A stretch of DNA of 35,212 nucleotides from Nitrososphaerota archaeon. GTDB taxonomy: Archaea; Iainarchaeota; Iainarchaeia; Iainarchaeales; VGJJ01. The position numbers and the translations under genes are program-made. Shown one piece after another: positions 18,054 through 24,777 of the stretch (positions are counted from its first letter, which is position 1; each line of letters begins with the position of its first letter). Where the stretch lies: positions 1-35,212 of the forward strand of contig JAGVNS010000158.1 of assembly GCA_020053155.1 (NCBI GenBank). The letters are read 5' to 3'. The notes under the pieces are model-generated. The model did no database searches, was not told the origin of the DNA, and saw only the letters and a program-made list of their open reading frames with translations.

Positions 18054-18452
18054 ATGAAAATCTTCGTCATTGGCCCCGTAGCCCCATACAAAGGGGGAAT
18101 TTCCCATTCTGGAACGCAGATGTGTCAAAATCTGGCAAAAAAACACGATGTAACCGCCATCTCATTCACACGGATGTATCCTAAACTCCTGTTCAAGGAT
18201 TCCCCTTACGAAAAAGACGCTAAGGAAAACCACCATTTCAAAACCGTCACCATGATTGATGCACTCAATCCATTTACGTGGCATGACACGGTCCAGTTTA
18301 TCAAAAAGGAAAAACCAGACCGCGTGATTTTCCAGTGGTGGACCACCTACCTCACGGCGTGCTTTTGGTACATTGAAAAACGAATCAAAAAACACACGAG
18401 GACAGGGGTCATTTTGCAGAACGTTTTTCCCCACATGGGGGATGATGAATGA
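18054..18452 (+). CDS. GT4 glycosyltransferase, N-terminal fragment (132 aa) of a split or frameshifted gene
   Basis: 'MKIFVIGPVAPYKGGISHSG...YPKLLF...FQWWTTYL...LQNVFPH' matches the N-domain of a GT4 subfamily. It stops at a TGA that overlaps the ATG of the next ORF (ATGA at 18449..18452). Confidence 0.6.
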   Translation: MKIFVIGPVAPYKGGISHSGTQMCQNLAKKHDVTAISFTRMYPKLLFKDSPYEKDAKENHHFKTVTMIDALNPFTWHDTVQFIKKEKPDRVIFQWWTTYLTACFWYIEKRIKKHTRTGVILQNVFPHMGDDE

Positions 18453-19228
18453 TGGGCTTCGTGGAATTCTTCCATGGGAAGCACTTTTCGTGGATTCACA
18501 AAGGCTTAGCTAAAAAGTTCCTCACCAACGCCGATTATTTGTGCGCCATGTCCAGCGCGGACCAAAAAATGGTCCAGAAAGAACTCCCCCACGCAAAAGT
18601 AGCATTTTTTATCGAACCCCCTTACTCCAATCCGGCCGCAGAGGCAAATGTTTTCTCCAAAAAAGAATCCAAAAAATGGTTAGGGGTATCCCCAACGGAC
18701 TCCATCATTCTTTTTTTTGGATTTATTCGCCCGTACAAGGGACTCATGTACCTGATTCGTGCCCTTCCCCGAATTTTGGAAAAGAAACCAAACACCAAAC
18801 TAGTCATTCAAGGGGTTTTCTGGAAAGACAGGCAAAAATATTTTGATGAGATTGAAAAACTGGGACTGAAAGAACACATTTTGATTCGAGAGGGATACGT
18901 GGCAGGAGATGACCGAGCGCGCGTATTCTATTCCGCGGACGTAGTGGTCATGCCCTATTTGAACATTTCTGAATCCGCCATTATTCCCTTGCCTTGGGGA
19001 TTTGGAATACCCATCATTTGTACATCCGTGGGAGGGAACGTGGATTGGATTGAGGATGGGGTGGATGGGTACTTAGTCCCCCCCCGGGATTCAACATCAT
19101 TGGCCGATGCAGTGCTAAAATTTTACTCCCAAAAAATGGAGAAAAAATTCAAAGCAGGAATGGGCAAAAAAATGAAGAAAATGAAGTGGGGTCCCACTCA
19201 TGAAAGAGTGGTTCTGGGGAACTTTTAG
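18449..19228 (+). CDS. GT4 glycosyltransferase, C-terminal part (259 aa) of the split gene
   Basis: 'ILFFGFIRPYKGLMYLI' and 'VVVMPYLNISESAIIPLPWGFGIPIICTSVGGNVDWIEDGVDGYLVPP' form a GT-B C-domain with an EX7E-like region. It continues the N-fragment without an obvious missing segment. Confidence 0.7.
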   Translation: MMGFVEFFHGKHFSWIHKGLAKKFLTNADYLCAMSSADQKMVQKELPHAKVAFFIEPPYSNPAAEANVFSKKESKKWLGVSPTDSIILFFGFIRPYKGLMYLIRALPRILEKKPNTKLVIQGVFWKDRQKYFDEIEKLGLKEHILIREGYVAGDDRARVFYSADVVVMPYLNISESAIIPLPWGFGIPIICTSVGGNVDWIEDGVDGYLVPPRDSTSLADAVLKFYSQKMEKKFKAGMGKKMKKMKWGPTHERVVLGNF

Positions 19229-19250
19229 CATGAAAAAAGGAGAATCGGGC

Positions 19251-20351
19251 ATGAACAAAATTCCAGTGACACAGTACACGGAAGCGGGAAACGAAATGAA
19301 ATACTTGAAACAGGTCATCGACTCCAAATGGTTGGGCGGCGGTCCCTTCGTTGAGAAGTTTGAGAAAACTTTTACCCAATATTGCGACATGAAGTATGGA
19401 TGTGCGGTTTCAAATGGAACAAATGCGCTGTACCTCATTCTCAAAACCCTTGGAATTGGACCTGGGGATGAGGTCATTGTGCCGGATCAAACGTTTATTA
19501 CTCCTGCGAGTATGACGTTGCACGCGGGGGGGAAACCCGTGAGCGTGGACGTGCAGCCGGATACATTCAACATGGACCCCACTCAAGTCGAGAAAGCCAT
19601 CACGCGCAAAACAAAAGCCATTGTGGGGGTAGACATGCTGGGGCATCCCGCGGATTGGGACGAGTTGAATGAAATCGCCACCAAACATGGTATCATGCTC
19701 ATTGAGGATGCGGCGGAGGCCCATGGAGCATTGTACAAAAAAAGAAAAACGGGCTCGCTATCTCCCATTACGATGTTTTCGTTCTATGGAAACAAAACCA
19801 TTACCACGGGAGAGGGGGGGATGATTCTCTCAAACGACAACGAATTCATTGAAAAGTGCTTTTTGACGCGGGGTCATGGGATGCGACCAGAGAAACGGTA
19901 CTGGCATGACGTGATGGGGTACAATTACCGCATGACCGATTTGCAAGCCGCGGTGGGATTGGCCCAATTCGAAAAAATAGAGACGTTTCTTTCCGCCAAA
20001 CGAAACGTGGCACGCCAGTATGCGGAACGATTGTCTAAAATTCCGGGCATTGATATTCCGATGGTGCGCCCGTATGCTACGCACTCATACTGGATGTATC
20101 AAATCAACGTAAACAAACCCTTTCCCATTTCACGTGATGCACTCGCAACAGAATTGGGGAAACGAAACATTGACACGCGAAGGGCGTTCTATTCGGTTCA
20201 CGTACAGCCTCCGTATGCGCAGAAAGGGGCGTTCCCCAATAGCAACCGGTGTTCGGAGACCGGACTCATGCTCCCCATCGGAGCCAATTTGACAGGCGAA
20301 CAGGTGGAATACGTGTGTGATGGGATTGAAGACAGTGCTAGGCACCGCTGA
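19251..20351 (+). CDS. DegT/DnrJ/EryC1/StrS-family PLP-dependent sugar aminotransferase
   Basis: 'GGGPFVEKFEKTF...GCAVSNGTNALYL', 'EDAAEAHGA' and 'FSFYGNKTITTGEGG' (the PLP lysine). I chose ATG 19251 because 'AAAGGAGAA' lies about 8 nt upstream. Confidence 0.9.
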   Translation: MNKIPVTQYTEAGNEMKYLKQVIDSKWLGGGPFVEKFEKTFTQYCDMKYGCAVSNGTNALYLILKTLGIGPGDEVIVPDQTFITPASMTLHAGGKPVSVDVQPDTFNMDPTQVEKAITRKTKAIVGVDMLGHPADWDELNEIATKHGIMLIEDAAEAHGALYKKRKTGSLSPITMFSFYGNKTITTGEGGMILSNDNEFIEKCFLTRGHGMRPEKRYWHDVMGYNYRMTDLQAAVGLAQFEKIETFLSAKRNVARQYAERLSKIPGIDIPMVRPYATHSYWMYQINVNKPFPISRDALATELGKRNIDTRRAFYSVHVQPPYAQKGAFPNSNRCSETGLMLPIGANLTGEQVEYVCDGIEDSARHR

Positions 20352-21132
20352 AGGATGCGTTGCGAATGACTTCAACGAGTTGATGCCAAACTGGATTTTT
20401 GTTTCCGAGTGTGGGGGGGTGGGTGCGCACGCGCCAAATGTTTTGAAAGAAATTAATCATCGTTGGAATAAGTTTCACGGAACTGTTTCCCCGCTCATAC
20501 CATATTACGGGCACCTCTGAAATTTTTAGTCCGTGAATTTGAGCAGAAAACATTAATTCGGTTTCAAAGAAAAACCACGAATCACGAACATCTCCCAAGA
20601 TGGGCAAAATGCGCGCGCGGTTAAATCCCTTGAACCCACATTGCGGGTCTGAAAAAGTAGCCCCCAAAAAAAAACGAAGAACAACCCCCGTATATACCTT
20701 TGAAACCAGCAAGCGAATAGGGTCCCGTACGATTTTAGATTGGGGATGATATCGTGAGCCACTCACCAAATCGCTACCTTTTTTTAGTTCATGAATGAGA
20801 GAAGAAACCCCCCCCACTTCCGTTGCGAGGTCCGCATCCATATAAACTACATAATCCGCATCATTTTCCCACAATCCATTGAGGATGGCACTCCCTTTCC
20901 CGGGCGTATTTACGTGCGTGATTCGAACATTTGTCCAGAGCGCGGCGATTTCTTTCAATTCATTCCACGAGGAGGGTGGTTTTCCATTGTACGCAAGGGT
21001 TACGCGCCAACGCACATCGCGAAGGGATTTTTTACATTCCCCCATGATTTGGGGGAGATTGGCACGAACATCCGAAACGTTTCCTGCATAGGTGGCAAGT
21101 AAAATATCCACGCTGGCCTGAGGGTGTACCAT
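20338..21132 (-). CDS. GT2 glycosyltransferase (ALG5/dolichyl-phosphate hexosyltransferase-like, no C-terminal TM)
   Basis: 'VDILLATYAG', 'GKGSAILNG', 'VVYMDADLATEV', 'QCGFKGFNR' and 'FFFETELMF'. A TATA-like box lies 26.5 nt upstream of the ATG. Confidence 0.8.
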   Translation of the reverse strand: MVHPQASVDILLATYAGNVSDVRANLPQIMGECKKSLRDVRWRVTLAYNGKPPSSWNELKEIAALWTNVRITHVNTPGKGSAILNGLWENDADYVVYMDADLATEVGGVSSLIHELKKGSDLVSGSRYHPQSKIVRDPIRLLVSKVYTGVVLRFFLGATFSDPQCGFKGFNRARILPILGDVRDSWFFFETELMFSAQIHGLKISEVPVIWYERGNSSVKLIPTMINFFQNIWRVRTHPPTLGNKNPVWHQLVEVIRNASFSGA

Positions 21133-21153
21133 AGGGTTTCTAAACCTCTGACC

Positions 21154-21163
21154 TATTAAAATA
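21154..21163 (-). promoter_or_regulatory. TATA-like box (near-palindromic TATTAAAATA)
   Basis: Centred about 26.5 nt upstream of ATG 21132 on the minus strand, which implies a leaderless transcript. Confidence 0.45.
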
Positions 21164-21170
21164 GGAGAGG

Positions 21171-22055
21171 ATGACCACCATTTTTCTGACGGGAGGGAGC
21201 GGGGAAATAGGGAGTGTGCTCATTCGTGAACTGGCTCCTTCGCACAAAATTAAAGCCCTTTTTTTGAATGCACCCGGAGCATTTACACATGCCCATGTCG
21301 AATGGGTTCAGGGAGATGTTACCCAACCATGGACGTATGAATCCCACTTGAAAGGAGTGAATAAAATTGTTCATCTCGCGGCCCAATTACGCGGGGGAAA
21401 AAACGAATCGTATGAAAAGGTCAACGTGAAAGGTACGCTTGAATTAGTGAAAATGGCACACGAAAAGGGCGCACGGCATGCCATTATCGCGAGTAGTGCG
21501 TCAATAACCCAAAAACCCCTTTCCCTGTATGCCCAATCAAAAAAGAAAATGGAAGAACGCCTGCGTCACGCACAAATGCCCGTGACCATCATCCGCCCCA
21601 CATTAGTGTACGGCCCCCACTCTCGCTACATTCAGTTGTTTCAAAAATGGGTGGAGGGACCGCTGCCCCTTTTTTTTCTCCCCAACAATGGAATGGCCGA
21701 CATTCGTCCGGTGCACGTGAATGATGTTTCGCATGCCATTCATGCGTTAGTCAAAAAACCCCCCAACGGAAACAAGACGTATGACATTTGTCCGCGGACC
21801 CCTTTTACCCTGCGTCAAATAATTGAAACGGTCATGGAAGCACGTGGGATAAAAAAGCCCCTGGTGGGGGTGGGGGAAGGAACGTATGCACCCATCCTCG
21901 CGCTTCTTCAGAAATGCAGGATTCCCATCCCTTCCCTTTTTTCCACTTGGGTTGCGGGGGGAAATGGGTATACCGTAAACCCCGAACCCTTTTGGGAGGC
22001 GTATGGCATTCCTTTTATTGACCCGCGAGAAGGGATTCAAAGGTGCGTGAAATGA
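21171..22055 (+). CDS. NAD(P)-dependent epimerase/dehydratase/reductase (extended SDR)
   Basis: 'IFLTGGSGEIGSVLIREL', the YxxxK motif 'SLYAQSKKKME', and 'IIRPTLVYGP'. Confidence 0.8.
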   Translation: MTTIFLTGGSGEIGSVLIRELAPSHKIKALFLNAPGAFTHAHVEWVQGDVTQPWTYESHLKGVNKIVHLAAQLRGGKNESYEKVNVKGTLELVKMAHEKGARHAIIASSASITQKPLSLYAQSKKKMEERLRHAQMPVTIIRPTLVYGPHSRYIQLFQKWVEGPLPLFFLPNNGMADIRPVHVNDVSHAIHALVKKPPNGNKTYDICPRTPFTLRQIIETVMEARGIKKPLVGVGEGTYAPILALLQKCRIPIPSLFSTWVAGGNGYTVNPEPFWEAYGIPFIDPREGIQRCVK

Positions 22056-23689
22056 CGTTCTCTCTTTTACTCGACATAGATGCGATTGCGTGGAAAAAAA
22101 TGGAATGGGGGACTTTTTTCATTGGGTTATGGGTCATTCTGGGGGTGTGGGCCGGAATGGCAGGAGTGCTTTCCCCCCTCATTCCCATTCTCGCGCTCAT
22201 ACTAACGTTTCTTTTTTTTAATGGTCATGAAAAAATAAAAAAAGAAAATACGGTTCCCACAAACGGACTTTTGTTTTTTTCAGCTCTTCTCATTATTGGT
22301 TTTTCATTTGTCTTGTTTGGGGTGCAGGGGGGATTTGATTTGAGCGCGGATACCGCTCCCGTGGTGGCGGCGCAGCTCATTTCATCCAAAATCCCCCTCA
22401 CGTATGCGCCCTATTCTTCCCTCCCATTTGTCTATCCTCCGGGTTTGCCAGTAGTGGCGGCCCAAGTAGGAATAGTTGGAATTCCCATTCACCAAATCGT
22501 TTGGGCGTTGGGTTTGGTTGGGTTTTTGCTTTTGATGTGGAGCGTAACGCGCTGGGTTTGGGCTGTGGGGCAAAAGGACATTCGTTTGGCGTGGGTGGTT
22601 CCTGCGCTTTTTCTCACATTGCGACTGCCCATGCAGAATATTTTGACGGGGGAGTATGCATTCGTTTTAGGCATGGGTCTGGGTGTGAGTGCGTGGAATA
22701 GTGGGAACGATTCCCCAAAGTCGACCCTTCACACCATTGTTTTGCTGGCCGCATCTTTTTTGGTTCACCCGTATGCAGGAATTGTTTCGTTTGTGGGTTT
22801 GTTTTTTTCTGAAATGGTTTTTCGCCCTTCTATTGATTGGAAAAAATGGGTAAAGTTGGGGGTGGGGGTGGGAGTATTTTTCATTCCATATTTGGTTCAG
22901 CTGGCTGCATTGAGAAATTTTCCCCCCGCTGAAATTCCTCTTGGGAGTCTGAATCTGGGTTCCCTGGTTCCAATGGTTTCTCTGGTGGGGTTGATTCCTT
23001 TTTTGGTTTGTTTTATTTTGCTTGTTTTGGGTTTTTTTCGCAGGCAAATGGGAAAAGGAACGCTCTCGCCCCAAGAAAAAGTGTTGGGGAGATTTGTACT
23101 TTTAGGAATAATTGGATTTTTACTCGGAAATGTCAAACCCGAATGGGTGATGGGGCCCAAATTTCTTTTGCTGACATGCATTGGGTTAGTAGGGTGGGGG
23201 TCGCTCCGTCTTTCTCCATTGTTGACGGGTAGAGTCGTTCAAGCCGGTGCGCTGGGGTTGGTACTTTTGGGCGTGCTCGTAGTAGGTACCTCCCCCACGA
23301 TGCAGGGATATGTCACGGGTTCTAAACTCACATTGGGGGAAGCGCACGCTGCCGAATGGATTCGAGAATATGTTCCCCTACATTCCCGCGTGTGGTTTTT
23401 GTCGGATGGGGAAGGGAAGATGGGGGAATATTCCAAAACCATTCCTTCCGACATGGTCCAATCGCACTATTTCAATTACACCCTGCTCCATGGAATTTTA
23501 ACCCCGGAGGTAGACCGAATCATTTCAACCGCTTCCACTTCCAATCGCATTCGTAAAAGTCAACAATACGTTCCCCTTTCCCTATTTGAGCCGGAATATG
23601 TACTAGTTGATACGCGGATTTTTCCCCCTCTAACTAAAACTCCCCTCGGGGAGAAGGATGGGTTTGTCATTTACGCCCTGCAAAAATAG
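22052..23689 (+). CDS. Polytopic membrane protein with soluble C-terminal domain (third GT-C-like candidate)
   Basis: The ORF track start at 22043 is a GTG. The ATG at 22052 forms an ATGA overlap with the SDR stop. It has more than 10 hydrophobic helices, a first loop 'GGFDLSADTAP', and a C-terminal domain of about 130 aa. The architecture parallels 2658..4157 and 9191..10786. Confidence 0.6.
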   Translation: MTFSLLLDIDAIAWKKMEWGTFFIGLWVILGVWAGMAGVLSPLIPILALILTFLFFNGHEKIKKENTVPTNGLLFFSALLIIGFSFVLFGVQGGFDLSADTAPVVAAQLISSKIPLTYAPYSSLPFVYPPGLPVVAAQVGIVGIPIHQIVWALGLVGFLLLMWSVTRWVWAVGQKDIRLAWVVPALFLTLRLPMQNILTGEYAFVLGMGLGVSAWNSGNDSPKSTLHTIVLLAASFLVHPYAGIVSFVGLFFSEMVFRPSIDWKKWVKLGVGVGVFFIPYLVQLAALRNFPPAEIPLGSLNLGSLVPMVSLVGLIPFLVCFILLVLGFFRRQMGKGTLSPQEKVLGRFVLLGIIGFLLGNVKPEWVMGPKFLLLTCIGLVGWGSLRLSPLLTGRVVQAGALGLVLLGVLVVGTSPTMQGYVTGSKLTLGEAHAAEWIREYVPLHSRVWFLSDGEGKMGEYSKTIPSDMVQSHYFNYTLLHGILTPEVDRIISTASTSNRIRKSQQYVPLSLFEPEYVLVDTRIFPPLTKTPLGEKDGFVIYALQK

Positions 23690-23719
23690 TCTTTTGTGCC
23701 CATTTGAAGGTCGTTTTTG

Positions 23720-24682
23720 TCAAACGTGAGTGATAATGTGTTCCTTTGAGACAAGTGTAGAATCTATTCTAAGGATGATGGGGGCGAATCTGCTTTTTAT
23801 TTCGCCAATTAATGCGTAGTAGTCTTCCGCGGATGCCGATTCAATTTCAAGCTCGGCGTCCCAGCTTCCAATGGTTTTTATCCAATAAATGATGTTGGGG
23901 CTTGTTCGAATATATTCACGAAGTGTTAGGTATTGGTTATTTGTTAGATTACGAAAGGTAATAAAACATTTGAAGAAAAGAAAACCTAATTTTCGATAGT
24001 TGATGGCGAGTTTATACCCGACAATGATGCCTTTTTTTTCAAGGTCAGCTCGTCTATAACGGATGATTCTTTGGGTTATACCCGTTTTCTTTTCCAGCTC
24101 GACAGAACTTGTTCGTGCATTGGTGGCGATCGCATGTAATATTTTCCAATCTTCTTCGTCCAAACTTTCAGCCGCGCTTTTATCACAGTGTAAGAAAGAA
24201 ACTTTCTTTTCAGGGTACTCGGGGAGCAAATAATATCGTGGCTTTGTTTCTGCTTCCGTTAGGATTGCGATTTGCATGTTTTGAATGAATTTGTCAAATT
24301 TTTGACAGAATACGTCCTTAAAGTCTTCGAACTCAAATATAGTTGGAAAGCGAATGGAAAACATTAAGTCAAATACTCCTTCTGTGCTTGCGAGCCAGCC
24401 AATTTCTTGGGCTGACGATAAATAGTCAATTATTTCCTGTTTTGATTCGCTCGGGATAGTGTTGAATTGCAAGTAGACCTTGAAATGAATACGTCCTGTT
24501 TTGGCGAAATGGGAAAGGGTTACATACTGCAAAATAATATCTCGGGCCTCCAGCTGGCGTATCCTATACAATACGGCTTCTTTTGAAATCTTGAGTCTTT
24601 TGGCAATCTCGCTCAGGGGGGTCGTGGCATCTGTATCAAGTAGTAACAGAATTAATCGATCCCTCTTATCCAAAGACTCCAT
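23720..24682 (-). CDS. Lrp/AsnC-family transcriptional regulator, tandem duplicated (two HTH + RAM-like units in one chain)
   Basis: Unit 1 is 'LDKRDRLILLLLDTDATTPLSEIAKRLKISKEAVLYRIRQLEARDIIL...STEGVFDLMFSIRF'. Unit 2 is 'LDEEDWKILHAIATNARTSSVELEKKTGITQRIIRYRRADLEKKGIIVGY...TIGSWDAELEIES'. A TATA-like box lies 26.5 nt upstream of the ATG. Confidence 0.8.
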   Translation of the reverse strand: MESLDKRDRLILLLLDTDATTPLSEIAKRLKISKEAVLYRIRQLEARDIILQYVTLSHFAKTGRIHFKVYLQFNTIPSESKQEIIDYLSSAQEIGWLASTEGVFDLMFSIRFPTIFEFEDFKDVFCQKFDKFIQNMQIAILTEAETKPRYYLLPEYPEKKVSFLHCDKSAAESLDEEDWKILHAIATNARTSSVELEKKTGITQRIIRYRRADLEKKGIIVGYKLAINYRKLGFLFFKCFITFRNLTNNQYLTLREYIRTSPNIIYWIKTIGSWDAELEIESASAEDYYALIGEIKSRFAPIILRIDSTLVSKEHIITHV

Positions 24683-24704
24683 TTAATTAATATAACAACA
24701 ATAC

Positions 24705-24712
24705 TTTATAAT
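24705..24712 (-). promoter_or_regulatory. TATA-like box (TTTATAAT) for the Lrp-like gene, nested in an AACAAT-N11-ATTGTT inverted repeat
   Basis: Centred 26.5 nt upstream of ATG 24682. The inverted repeat arms lie at 24697..24702 and 24714..24719. Confidence 0.5.
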
Positions 24713-24721
24713 AATTGTTAT

Positions 24722-24737
24722 TTTGTGAAAGAAATAG
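24722..24737 (+). promoter_or_regulatory. Operator-like direct repeat copy 1 (TTTGTGAAAGAAATAG)
   Basis: It matches 24753..24768 at 15 of 16 positions, and the two copies start 31 bp apart. It lies just upstream of the rSAM gene's TATA-like box. Confidence 0.5.
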
Positions 24738-24740
24738 CTC

Positions 24741-24752
24741 ATAAATATTATA
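24741..24752 (+). promoter_or_regulatory. TATA-like A/T block (ATAAATATTATA) for the radical SAM gene
   Basis: Centred about 30 nt upstream of ATG 24778 and flanked by the two direct repeat copies. Confidence 0.45.
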
Positions 24753-24768
24753 TTTGTGAAAGATATAG
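24753..24768 (+). promoter_or_regulatory. Operator-like direct repeat copy 2 (TTTGTGAAAGATATAG)
   Basis: See copy 1. This copy lies between the TATA-like box and the ATG, a position typical of a repressing operator. Confidence 0.5.
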
Positions 24769-24777
24769 TATACATAA

